The translations under genes were made by a program, and so were the position numbers. DNA of 55,615 bases from Clostridia bacterium. GTDB lineage: Bacteria; Bacillota; Clostridia; Oscillospirales; SIG627. Below the pieces are notes generated by a model. The model was not told the DNA's origin. It worked only from the letters and a program-made list of their open reading frames with translations, and ran no database searches. Position 1 is the stretch's first letter. Each line of letters starts with the position of its first letter. Positions 34,364-43,470 of the stretch are shown here, piece by piece. Where the stretch lies: contig JAFTEP010000149.1 of NCBI GenBank assembly GCA_017453605.1, positions 1 through 55,615 of the forward strand, given 5' to 3'.

Positions 34364-36643
34364 TCACCCTTCCCTGAACGCCTTTATCCTCGCGGCGATC
34401 TCGTCCGGTTTGAGGCAGAGGACGGGCTCCTCCCAGTGCGGGGGATAGAGACCCGAGAAGGCGCCGTCGGCGTATCTGTCGCCGAGGAGCAGGGCGAAGC
34501 CTCTGTCGCTCTCTCTTCTTATCACCCTTCCTACCGCCTGCAGGACGCGGTTGAAGCCCGGGAGCAGATAGCTGAACGCTTTTCCGTCGAGCCCGGAATG
34601 GGAGAAATAGAATCCAGCCGCCTCCCGTTCCTCGGCTGGGGGAGGCATACCGGTGCCGACCGCGACCGCTCCGTCGAGAGAGGCGTTTTCGAGCTCGATC
34701 CCCTCCGCGAAGAGCCCTCCGAGCACGCACAGGGCGACGGTGCTCCCGCCTCCGTTTTCGAGATCGGCGATGAATTTTGCCCTCTCGGAATGATTCATCG
34801 AGCTTCGCTGGACGAGAAAGCGGCTTTTGGGGAGTTTCAGTCTGAGAAGCCTTTCGGCGGATCTTAAATACTCGAACGAGGGAAAGAAAACTATGTATCT
34901 GCCGTTTTGAGCGCATGCGGCGGCGACGAGCGAGGCGAGCCTTGCGAGCGACGCGCCGCGGTGAGACACGGAGGTGTTGAGCGGAGAGGCGATCAGGAGA
35001 AGATTCGACGGCTCGAACGGCGAGGGATAGCTGACGAAGCGGTCGGCGGCTGTGTTCCCGAGGACCTTCGAGAAATACTCCTCGGGCTGCAGCGTCGCCG
35101 AGAAGAAGACCGCCGTCCCGAACGAGTCGGCGTATTCCCTTATATGCTCCGACGGGTCCGCGAGGATCAGCGAAACGCCGCCGTCGTCCGAGACCGAGCG
35201 GACGTAGCCGCGCGAAAAATCCGCGTCCGCGGCGCAGAATGCGCGAAGCGCCATGTATATATCGAGCTGTGCGTCGTCGAAATCGCCGCGCTTTTTTATA
35301 AGCTTCATCAGCTTTTTTGAAAGCTTCGCCGCGTCGCGGTCGGGGGAAAGCGAAAGTCTGTCCGCGCCCGAATCGAGAGCGCGCTCGTTTGAAATGAAGT
35401 GCTCCTCGATTTTTTTCACGGCGTCCGCCTCTTCGTCCGTCAGCGGTGTGAACGCCTGTTCTGTAAGCCTGTTCAGCTTGGGATCAAGCCGCGCGGAGAA
35501 GAGATCTCTCACCCTGTCGGGCAGATCGTGAGCCTCGTCGGTGAGGACGACGGATCTCGAATCGGCAAGCGACGTCAAAGCCGCCTTGCGGTCGAAAACG
35601 AAGTTGTAGTCGCAGATAATGACGTCTGCAAAAGAGGCGGCGTAAAGGGCGAGCTCGTACGGGCAGACCGCGTGCTTCGCGGCGACCGAAACGATCCGCT
35701 CGCGCGTCAGAGAGCCGGGGGTGCCGGCGAGTTCCATCGCCGCTCCGAAAAGCCTCTCGCTCATGTTCTCCCAGAGACGGCAGGCGCCGCCTATACAGCG
35801 GGGCGTTCCCGCGGCGCAGGCGCTCTGCCGGGAAAACATCACCGCCGCCCGGTGGATCCCATCCCCGGAAAGCCTGTCGCAGGCCTGGGCGATCTGCCTC
35901 TGCACAGAGCCCTTCGGCGTCAGAAAGAACACGCGCGAGCATCTTCCCGCTTCGAGCGCGCGGAGAGAGGGATACAAAAACGAGAGAGTCTTGCCTATCC
36001 CTGTCGGCGCGCAGGCGAGAAGGTTGGTCCGGGTCTTTATCGCCTCGAAGCAGTCCTCCATGAGCTGTCTCTGCCCGTCTCTCAGGGATCCGAACGGGAA
36101 TTTGACCCTGCCGGAGGCGGGATAGATCCTCCCGAAAAGCCTCACGGCTTTATCGAGCGCGGCTTCGAGCGCGGCGTCAAGCTCCGACGCCGGGACGTTT
36201 TTGGTGAAAAATCTCATCCTGCCGCAGGACGGGTCGTAAACGATCTTTCTCAGGGTAACGCCGGGCAGATTGCGCTCTCTGCAGAGCAGAGCGGCGAACA
36301 TCTTCGCCTCGAAAAACGGCGTGGGATCAAAAATTCCCGGCTCCTCGAAATCGCCGGGGCAGAGAGAATCCACGGTGAAGCCGCCGTCCTTTTCAAAATA
36401 CCCGGCGCAGGAAAAACCGATCTCGAAAACGAACCTTTCCGTCTCTTTCACGAGGCTCAGCGGCTCTCTTGAATAGTCCACGCCCGCCTTTTTCGCAGCG
36501 CTGATGAGGCGCGCGAGAGCTTTCGAGATGTCCGGCGCGCTCTTTGAGATCCCTCCGTCCTTCACAACGGCAAAAAGACTCACAAAGCGTTCGCCCGTGA
36601 GTCCGATCTTTCGTTTTGACGCCGTATCGAAGGTTTTTTCCAT
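34364..36643 (-). CDS. DinG/XPD-like (Rad3 family) ATP-dependent DNA helicase with ~230-aa N-terminal extension
   Basis: Start set at ATG 36643 (TGATG overlap with the upstream ORF). Walker A APTGIGKT, DEAH box (TDEAHDL), Cys cluster CAAGTPRCIGGAC...CPYE, and a C-terminal helicase domain (GRVIRRESDRG). Confidence 0.8.
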   Translation of the reverse strand: MEKTFDTASKRKIGLTGERFVSLFAVVKDGGISKSAPDISKALARLISAAKKAGVDYSREPLSLVKETERFVFEIGFSCAGYFEKDGGFTVDSLCPGDFEEPGIFDPTPFFEAKMFAALLCRERNLPGVTLRKIVYDPSCGRMRFFTKNVPASELDAALEAALDKAVRLFGRIYPASGRVKFPFGSLRDGQRQLMEDCFEAIKTRTNLLACAPTGIGKTLSFLYPSLRALEAGRCSRVFFLTPKGSVQRQIAQACDRLSGDGIHRAAVMFSRQSACAAGTPRCIGGACRLWENMSERLFGAAMELAGTPGSLTRERIVSVAAKHAVCPYELALYAASFADVIICDYNFVFDRKAALTSLADSRSVVLTDEAHDLPDRVRDLFSARLDPKLNRLTEQAFTPLTDEEADAVKKIEEHFISNERALDSGADRLSLSPDRDAAKLSKKLMKLIKKRGDFDDAQLDIYMALRAFCAADADFSRGYVRSVSDDGGVSLILADPSEHIREYADSFGTAVFFSATLQPEEYFSKVLGNTAADRFVSYPSPFEPSNLLLIASPLNTSVSHRGASLARLASLVAAACAQNGRYIVFFPSFEYLRSAERLLRLKLPKSRFLVQRSSMNHSERAKFIADLENGGGSTVALCVLGGLFAEGIELENASLDGAVAVGTGMPPPAEEREAAGFYFSHSGLDGKAFSYLLPGFNRVLQAVGRVIRRESDRGFALLLGDRYADGAFSGLYPPHWEEPVLCLKPDEIAARIKAFREG

Positions 36644-36915
36644 CAGTCCAGTTCTCCCCGGATCAGCTTTTTCGCCGACAGCAGGAGGTTGTCCTCGAGG
36701 CAGAGAGAGCGGTCGTAAGGCACCTTTTTCTCCTGCGGTTCGAGCTTTCCCCTCGCGGTATAGAGCCCTCTGTTCACGCAGAGCATCGCCTCGCCGTCCC
36801 CGATGCTCGAGAACGACAGCGTGCTTTTCGGGTCCATAGCGCACCAAAGGGTCTGATCCGGCACTCCGCTGACGTCGAGAGAAAGCGTTTTTTCTCCGCA
36901 GAACAGCTTTGTCAC
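36643..36915 (-). CDS. Hypothetical 90-aa protein, translationally coupled to the helicase
   Basis: GTG start with a GAGG RBS. Its stop overlaps the helicase ATG. No motif recognised. Confidence 0.5.
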   Translation of the reverse strand: MTKLFCGEKTLSLDVSGVPDQTLWCAMDPKSTLSFSSIGDGEAMLCVNRGLYTARGKLEPQEKKVPYDRSLCLEDNLLLSAKKLIRGELD

Positions 36916-36990
36916 ATATCATCACCTCTTCGGTGCTTATTATGCTTCGGTTTTTGAAAAATGATACTTTTTTGTCCGTTTATCCGTCCG

Positions 36991-37566
36991 TCAGCCCAGG
37001 ATCAGCGCCGCCAGCTCGTCCCGTCCTTCGCCGCTCAGAGCGGAAAAGGCGATCACCGGCACGTCGTCCGGGATCAGCTCGTCGTTTTTCAGTTCCTCAA
37101 GACGCGCTTTTCGCGCCGTCACAGAGAGCTTGTCGGCTTTTGTCGCCGCGACGATGAACGGAGTCTTCGTTTCGTAGAGCCAGTCGAGCATATCGGCGTC
37201 GTCGCGGGTTATGCCGACCTTGAGGTCTACAAGCTGAACGACGAGCCTGAGAGATGGATTGTCCGTAAAATAGCTCTCGACGAGCTTCGACCAGCGCTTT
37301 TTTTCGGCGTCGGAACGCTTCGCGAAGCCGTATCCCGGCAGATCGACAAGATACATCTCGCCGTCAACGGAGTAGTAGTTGACGGTGACGGTCTTTCCGG
37401 GCTGTGAAGAGGTGCGCGCGAGGGCTTTTCTTCTCAGCAGGCGGTTTATGAGCGAGCTTTTGCCGACGTTGCTCCTGCCGGAAAAAGCCGCCTGCGGGAT
37501 CCCGCTCTTTATAAGCTGCGACGGCAGACCCGCGCATACCGCCAGCGACGCGTTGTTGAGATTCAC
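36991..37566 (-). CDS. engB: Ribosome biogenesis GTPase YsxC/EngB
   Basis: 191 aa. GRSNVGKSSLIN (G1), DLPGYGF (G3), TKADK (G4). GGAGGGAG RBS with a GTG start. Confidence 0.9.
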   Translation of the reverse strand: MNLNNASLAVCAGLPSQLIKSGIPQAAFSGRSNVGKSSLINRLLRRKALARTSSQPGKTVTVNYYSVDGEMYLVDLPGYGFAKRSDAEKKRWSKLVESYFTDNPSLRLVVQLVDLKVGITRDDADMLDWLYETKTPFIVAATKADKLSVTARKARLEELKNDELIPDDVPVIAFSALSGEGRDELAALILG

Positions 37567-37879
37567 TTTTTCTCCCTCCGAACCTGAAAAATCCGCCGGT
37601 ATCGTCGGCGGCCGCGAATGCGGGGCGCTTCATAAATGCAGCGATCACGCACTCCGAACTATCATCAACTCCGCACTCCGAACTCCGAACCATCCTGTTT
37701 TTTCTTTCTTTTCTTACTAAATGCCATTATAAAGCACTGTCGGGACAAAATCAATGAATTTTTTGTGAAAATGTTTTTTCAGGTGGTGATTTTTTTTGAA
37801 AAGTGTGGTACAATAACAAACTACAATAAAGCGCAAGCCAAAAAACTCAGCACACCGCAAGGCATACCACGGAGGAACC

Positions 37880-40249
37880 ATGTCCCGTTACATAGAAAAG
37901 ATCGAAAAGCTCTCCCTGCCTCTGATCGCCACGCGCACCGTCGCGGCGTTCCCGCAGATCCCCGTCAGCTTCGAGCTGACGCGCCCGTCGAACCTCGCCG
38001 CCCTCGAAGCCGCGAAGAAGAACGGAGGGCTCGTGTTCGCCGTGCCCCAGCGCGATCCGTCCGAAGAGGACCCGATCAAGGCGGGGCTCTACAACGTCGG
38101 CACCGTCGCGAAGATAAAGCAGTCTCTCGTGCTCCCCGACAGACAGTGCAGGGTCATCCTCGACTGTCTCTACAGAGCGGAGCTCGCCGACGCGCGCCGT
38201 TCTCCCGACGGCGTCATCACCGCCGAAGTCTTCAAGAAGGAGATCGACTTCGACGACACGACTCTCAGAGCGGAGGCTCTGAGGCGCCGCTGCCTGAAAA
38301 GCCTCGGCGACTACTGCGCCAACTCTCCCAAGCTCTCCAAGGACGTGCTCGCCGCGGTCGGATCCATGACCGACAGCGGCTTGATGGCTGACTACATAGC
38401 CGCGAATTTCCTCGTCAGGCTCGACGACAAGGCCTTGATCCTCTCGGTCTTCGATCCCGTGAGGAGACTCAGACAGCTCCTCGCGATCCTCGAGAGGGAA
38501 AACGAGATCCTCGAGCTGGAAAACAGCATCTCCGCGAAAGTCAAGGAGGGGCTCGACCGTCACCAGAGGGAATACTACCTCCAGGAGCAGCTGAAGGTGA
38601 TCCAGAACGAGCTCGGCGGCGACTCAAAGGACGATCTCTACAGCGACGTGAACGAACTCAACGACAAGATCGACGCCAGCGCCGCCCCGGAATACGTCCG
38701 CGAAAAGCTCTACGATCAGACAAAAAAGCTCGCCCGGATGCCCTTCGGTTCTTCCGAGGCGTCGCTTGTGAGAAGCTACGTCGAGGAGTGTCTCGAGATC
38801 CCGTGGGGCGTCGTCTCGCCCGATTCTCAGGATATAGAGAAAGCGAGGCGCATCCTCGACAGGGATCACCAGGGACTTGAAAAGGTCAAGGAAAGGATCC
38901 TCGAATACCTTGCGGCGAAGCTTCTGGCGAAGAGCGGCAGAGGGCAGATCATCTGCCTCGTCGGCGCGCCCGGCGTCGGCAAGACCTCGGTCGGAGCCTC
39001 CATCGCGAGGGCGATGGGCAGAAAGTACGTCAGGGTCTCTCTCGGCGGCGTCCGCGACGAGGCCGACATAAGAGGACACCGCAAGACCTATATCGGCGCG
39101 ATGCCCGGCAGGATAATCAACGCGCTCAAGCAGGCGGGGACGATGAATCCCGTCATCGCTCTCGACGAGATAGACAAGCTCTCCCGGAGCGTTCAGGGCG
39201 ATCCCGGCTCGGCGCTTCTGGAGGTGCTCGACTCCGAGCAGAACCACGCTTTCAGGGATCACTTCATCGAGATCCCGGTCGACCTTTCCGGCGCGGTGTT
39301 CATCGCGACCGCCAACACCACAGAGACGATCCCGCCCGCGCTTCTGGACAGGCTCGAGGTCATCAACATCCCGAGCTACACTCCCGCGGAGAAGCTGGCG
39401 ATCTGCAAGAAGCACCTCATCCCCAAGCAGATGAAGCTGAACGGGCTCGAGAGGGGCATGCTGAAGATCAGCGACAAGGCGATATTGAAGCTCATCGACG
39501 AATACACCCGCGAGCAGGGCGTCAGAACTCTCGACAGAGCGGTCGCCAAACTCTGCCGCAAGGCGGCGATCGCGGTCGTCAAGGACAAAAAGGACGGGCT
39601 GACCGTCAGCGCCGGAGACCTCGAGAAGCTGATGGGCAAAAGGACCGTCAAGCGCGAGAGGGCGTCGAAAAAGGCGGAGGTCGGCGTCGTGAACGGGCTC
39701 GCCTGGACGATGTCCGGCGGCGAACTTCTGAAAGCGGAGGTTTTGAGTATGCCCGGCACCGGCAAGCTGGAACTCACCGGCTCTCTCGGCGACGTGATGA
39801 AGGAGTCCGCGCGCGCCGCGCTCAGCCTGATAAGGAGCCGCGGAGAGCAGCTCGGGATCAGGGACAGAGAGTTCTACAAGAATCTCGATATACACATCCA
39901 CTTCCCGGAGGGCGCCGTCCCGAAGGACGGTCCGAGCGCCGGAGTCACCGTGGTCACAGCTCTCGTTTCCGAGCTGAGCGGAGTCCCCGTCAAGGGCGAC
40001 GTCGCGATGACCGGGGAGATCACTCTCAGAGGAAAGGTGCTTCCCATCGGAGGTCTGAGGGAAAAGACCGCCGCCGCGCTGGAAGCCGGGATGAAGACGG
40101 TCATTATCCCCGAGGAGAACCGCGACGATCTCGACGAGGTCGACGAGAGCGTGAAGAAAGGGCTCGATTTCGTTTTCGCGAGAGATATTTCGACTGTCCT
40201 CGACACCGCGCTCGTCGAAAGACCGGAAGCCGACGGGGCCGGAAACTAA
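37880..40249 (+). CDS. lon: ATP-dependent Lon protease (endopeptidase La)
   Basis: 789 aa. LON N-domain, AAA+ Walker A GAPGVGKTS, and the protease motif PKDGPSAG. Confidence 0.95.
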   Translation: MSRYIEKIEKLSLPLIATRTVAAFPQIPVSFELTRPSNLAALEAAKKNGGLVFAVPQRDPSEEDPIKAGLYNVGTVAKIKQSLVLPDRQCRVILDCLYRAELADARRSPDGVITAEVFKKEIDFDDTTLRAEALRRRCLKSLGDYCANSPKLSKDVLAAVGSMTDSGLMADYIAANFLVRLDDKALILSVFDPVRRLRQLLAILERENEILELENSISAKVKEGLDRHQREYYLQEQLKVIQNELGGDSKDDLYSDVNELNDKIDASAAPEYVREKLYDQTKKLARMPFGSSEASLVRSYVEECLEIPWGVVSPDSQDIEKARRILDRDHQGLEKVKERILEYLAAKLLAKSGRGQIICLVGAPGVGKTSVGASIARAMGRKYVRVSLGGVRDEADIRGHRKTYIGAMPGRIINALKQAGTMNPVIALDEIDKLSRSVQGDPGSALLEVLDSEQNHAFRDHFIEIPVDLSGAVFIATANTTETIPPALLDRLEVINIPSYTPAEKLAICKKHLIPKQMKLNGLERGMLKISDKAILKLIDEYTREQGVRTLDRAVAKLCRKAAIAVVKDKKDGLTVSAGDLEKLMGKRTVKRERASKKAEVGVVNGLAWTMSGGELLKAEVLSMPGTGKLELTGSLGDVMKESARAALSLIRSRGEQLGIRDREFYKNLDIHIHFPEGAVPKDGPSAGVTVVTALVSELSGVPVKGDVAMTGEITLRGKVLPIGGLREKTAAALEAGMKTVIIPEENRDDLDEVDESVKKGLDFVFARDISTVLDTALVERPEADGAGN

Positions 40250-40339
40250 TTTAGTCCGCGCCGGGGGCGGGGCTCCTCCCCGCCCCCGTGAGCATATTAT
40301 TATAACGACGGAGGTGGAGTTTTTTTATTTTTTGACGTC

Positions 40340-40472
40340 AGCGCCGGGTCCCACGCAGGATGACGAGGCGGGAGGAGGATCGAACCATTCGGCGGGTGCC
40401 TCCCCGGACCCGAAGGGGTCCGCAGCAAAGGATCAAAACGGCAGGCGACTGCCCCACAAAGTCCTTTGCGCC
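40340..40472 (+). ncRNA. glmS ribozyme: glmS glucosamine-6-phosphate-activated ribozyme
   Basis: AGCGCCGGG...GAUGACGAGGCGGGAGGAGGAUCGAACCAUUCGGCGGGUGCCUCCCCGG...GCAAAGGAU...GUCCUUUGC carries the conserved AGCGCC cleavage site, GACGAGG, AUCGAA, UUCGGCGGxUGCCUCCC and the P4 stem. It sits directly 5' of glmS. Confidence 0.85.
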
Positions 40473-40543
40473 CTTTTATCAAGCGGTCTGCCGATCGACA
40501 GACCGCCGGGCAGTTATGCCCGGTATATGGAGAATATAACAAA

Positions 40544-42364
40544 ATGTGTGGAATAGTAGGATACGTCGGGGACAGACAGGCGCAGGAAGTGCTGATCGAA
40601 GGGCTTTCGAGGCTCGAATACCGCGGTTACGATTCCGCCGGAGTCTGCATAGCGGACGCGGGCGGCAGGATGAGGATCAAAAAGAGCAAGGGCAGGCTGG
40701 CTGTCGTCGCCGATATGCTCAAAGCCTCCCCCATCCCGGGAAACACCGGCATCGGTCACACGCGCTGGGCGACACACGGCGAGCCCTCGGATGAGAACTC
40801 TCACCCCCACAAGAGCCGCCGCGTCGCGATAGTTCACAACGGCATCATCGAAAACCACCGCGCCCTCAGAGAAAAGCTCGTCAAGAAGGGCTACGGCTTT
40901 CTGTCTCAGACCGACACGGAGGTCGCCGCGCACTTGATAGACTATTACTATTCGGGCGATCCGCTCGAAGCGCTGACAAAGGCGGCGAACGCCCTCGAGG
41001 GCTCGTTCGCGCTCGCCGTGATGTTCGATTCCAAGCCCGGGGAGATATACGCCGTGCGCTCGCAGAGCCCTCTGGTCATCGGTCTCGGCGAGGGCGAGAA
41101 CTTCATCGCCTCGGACATCCCCGCGGTGCTGAAATACACGCGCGAATACCTCCTGCCCGCGTCGGGGCAGATCGCGAAAGTCACAAAAGACTCGGTCGAG
41201 GTCTTCGGCTTCGACGGCGAGAGCGCCGAGGCGCAGAAGATCCACGTCGACTGGGACACGGAGGCGGCGGAAAAGGGCGGCTTCGATCACTTCATGCTCA
41301 AGGAGATCAGCGAGGAGCCGAGGGCTCTTGGCGACACTCTCGGACCGCGCGTCACGGGCGGAAAGGTGCGTCACGAGATATTCAAGCTCACCGACCGCGA
41401 GATCAGGGGCCTGAGAAAGATCCATATAGTCGCCTGCGGGACCGCGATGCACGCCGGGATGATCGGCAAAAAGCTGATAGAAGCCTGGTCGAGAGTGCCG
41501 ACCGACGTCGATATCGCCTCGGAATACAGATACAGGAACCCGATCCTTTCCGCGGACGATCTTGTGATCCTGATAAGCCAGTCGGGAGAGACCGCGGACA
41601 CTCTCGCCGCGCTGAGGCTCGCCAAGAGCAGGGGCGCCTACACGCTGGCGGTCGTGAACGTTGTCGGCTCTTCGATCGCGCGCGAGGCGGACGACGTCTT
41701 ATACACCTACGCCGGGCCGGAGATCGCGGTCGCGAGCACGAAGGCGTATTCGGTCCAGCTTCTGGCGATGGTCATGGTCGCATTACGGATCGCGGACGCC
41801 AAAAAGACACTGCCGCCCGAGGAGATAGCAGGCACGATAAACTCGCTTCAGACCCTGCCGGAGCTGGTGAGAGAGCAGACTCAGCGCTCGGGGGAGATAA
41901 AAGAGATCGCCAAGGGGCTCGAAAAAACGCGCAATATGTTCTATATCGGCAGAGGCATGGACTACGCGCTCGCGCTCGAGGGCGCGCTGAAAATAAAGGA
42001 AATCTCGTATATCCACTCAGAGGCGTACGCCGCGGGAGAACTCAAGCACGGAACGATCTCCCTGATCGAACAGGGCAGTCCGGTCGTCGCGATCGCGACG
42101 GTCTCAGACATCCTCGACAAGACAGCCGCCAATATCCGCGAGGTCGCCAGCCGCGGCGCGAAGGTGACGCTGATCTGCCGCGAAAAGGACGTGGGACGCT
42201 TCGATCCCTGCGACTCAGTCATCACTCTTCCCGACGTGCCGGACCTTCTCATCCCGATCGTCGCGATCACGCCTCTGCAGCTTCTGGCGTATCACGCCGC
42301 GGTCCTTCGCGGCTGCGACGTCGACAAGCCGAGAAACCTCGCGAAGAGCGTCACGGTGGAATAA
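40544..42364 (+). CDS. glmS: Glutamine--fructose-6-phosphate aminotransferase (isomerising)
   Basis: Start set at ATG 40544 so the protein begins MCGIVGY (Ntn Cys). Two SIS domains. C-terminal KPRNLAKSVTVE. Confidence 0.95.
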   Translation: MCGIVGYVGDRQAQEVLIEGLSRLEYRGYDSAGVCIADAGGRMRIKKSKGRLAVVADMLKASPIPGNTGIGHTRWATHGEPSDENSHPHKSRRVAIVHNGIIENHRALREKLVKKGYGFLSQTDTEVAAHLIDYYYSGDPLEALTKAANALEGSFALAVMFDSKPGEIYAVRSQSPLVIGLGEGENFIASDIPAVLKYTREYLLPASGQIAKVTKDSVEVFGFDGESAEAQKIHVDWDTEAAEKGGFDHFMLKEISEEPRALGDTLGPRVTGGKVRHEIFKLTDREIRGLRKIHIVACGTAMHAGMIGKKLIEAWSRVPTDVDIASEYRYRNPILSADDLVILISQSGETADTLAALRLAKSRGAYTLAVVNVVGSSIAREADDVLYTYAGPEIAVASTKAYSVQLLAMVMVALRIADAKKTLPPEEIAGTINSLQTLPELVREQTQRSGEIKEIAKGLEKTRNMFYIGRGMDYALALEGALKIKEISYIHSEAYAAGELKHGTISLIEQGSPVVAIATVSDILDKTAANIREVASRGAKVTLICREKDVGRFDPCDSVITLPDVPDLLIPIVAITPLQLLAYHAAVLRGCDVDKPRNLAKSVTVE

Positions 42365-42387
42365 AGCCATAAATCTGTTTTTGCGTC

Positions 42388-42424
42388 AATCGGCGCGGCG
42401 TCTTATTACGCCGCGCCGATTTTG
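42388..42424. terminator. Rho-independent terminator, probably bidirectional (between convergent glmS and araC-like genes)
   Basis: 14-bp perfect stem AATCGGCGCGGCGT / ACGCCGCGCCGATT, 6-nt loop, T-run on the plus side. Confidence 0.75.
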
Positions 42425-42447
42425 CGACCATTATTTTTGACGATTTT

Positions 42448-43332
42448 TCAGGCGAGGCCTCTGTTCCTGTCCTCGCCGGGCGTGACGCCCTTGAGGCGGC
42501 GGTAGACCGCGCAGAAATAGGCGAGATTGTTGAAGCCGCAGTCGGCGCAGACGCGCGTTATCGGCATATCCCCGGACAGAAGCATCATCTGCGCCCGATT
42601 GATCCTGATCTGATTCAGGTACTCCTTGAAGGTCTTGCCGGTTATCCTGCGGAAGCTCCTTGAAAAATAGCTGTCGCTCAGAAAGACCCGCGAGGCGCAG
42701 TCGGAAAGGGTCAGGTTCTGAGAGTATTCGGCGTTTATGATGACTGTCGCGTCGTAGATGCGCCTCAGAAGGTTTTTGCTGTCGCGTTCCGCGGCGCCGG
42801 GAGCGCCGACGCTCCGCAGGATCTCAAGCGCGATCCTTCCCACGCAGAGCTTGACCGCCATATCCGCGCCGTATCCGCCGATACGGGATTCCCTGAACAG
42901 TTCGTCGAAAACAGCGGAGATCTTTTCGCTCTCCCCGGCGTCCCAGACGGTCTTGTTTTCTTTTCCTGTCAGCGAAAGGCTCAACAGATACGCGGATACT
43001 CTGTTTGAAGAGGCGAGCTGCATCAGAAAGTCCGGCTTGAATTTCAATACGAGATAGACGCCGCTCTCCCCTATGGCGTCGGTCCTGTGGATCGCGTTCG
43101 AGCGGATCAGCACGGTCTCGCCGGGTGATAGCTCATATTTTTTCTCATCCACCCAGACCTCGAATCGCCCTTCCTTTATATGGAGGATCTCCACCGCCGG
43201 ATGTATGTGCGGGGCGGGTCCGCGCTTCGAGCGGTCGAACTTCTGCACGAAGTATTCGATCAGGCTGCTCTTTATCGCGACGTTTTCCTCTTCGACGTAG
43301 TATTCCTTTGACGTTCTCTCGTCGGCGTCCAT
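42448..43332 (-). CDS. AraC family transcriptional regulator (cupin sensor + HTH)
   Basis: Start set at ATG 43332 (GGGGAGGG RBS). Cupin-like N-terminus (HIHPAVEILHIKEG). C-terminal AraC HTH (YFSRSFRRITGKTFKEYL...GFNNLAYFCAVYRRLKGVTP). Confidence 0.85.
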   Translation of the reverse strand: MDADERTSKEYYVEEENVAIKSSLIEYFVQKFDRSKRGPAPHIHPAVEILHIKEGRFEVWVDEKKYELSPGETVLIRSNAIHRTDAIGESGVYLVLKFKPDFLMQLASSNRVSAYLLSLSLTGKENKTVWDAGESEKISAVFDELFRESRIGGYGADMAVKLCVGRIALEILRSVGAPGAAERDSKNLLRRIYDATVIINAEYSQNLTLSDCASRVFLSDSYFSRSFRRITGKTFKEYLNQIRINRAQMMLLSGDMPITRVCADCGFNNLAYFCAVYRRLKGVTPGEDRNRGLA

Positions 43333-43382
43333 TTTTACCCTCCCCGGACAAAATGACAAATTTTTTATAATAACGGGCAGAT

Positions 43383-43419
43383 TTATTATAGCATAATCCC
43401 GGGCGTTATGCTATAATAA
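43383..43419. promoter_or_regulatory. Perfect 14-bp inverted repeat carrying two divergent TATAAT boxes (candidate operator and divergent promoters)
   Basis: TTATTATAGCATAA-TCCCGGGCG-TTATGCTATAATAA. Each arm contains TATAAT facing outward, toward the araC-like gene and toward the oxidoreductase pair. Confidence 0.5.
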
Positions 43420-43470
43420 AAGCGAAAAAAGCGCGAAAAGCGCCCGTAAAAAGAAAGGGGATAAAAAATC

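Noticed and set aside
34176-34916. Track ORFs 34176-34448 (+) and 34230-34916 (-) spanning the AT-rich spacer and the helicase 3' end.
   Set aside because: They overlap the helicase coding frame or non-coding spacer. They have no RBS and their products are Arg-rich shadow sequence.
40263-40287. A perfect 10-bp GC hairpin (GGGGGCGGGG/CCCCGCCCCC) after lon, considered as an intrinsic terminator.
   Set aside because: No U-run follows it, so I did not list it as a terminator. It may still pause or terminate transcription ahead of the glmS ribozyme.
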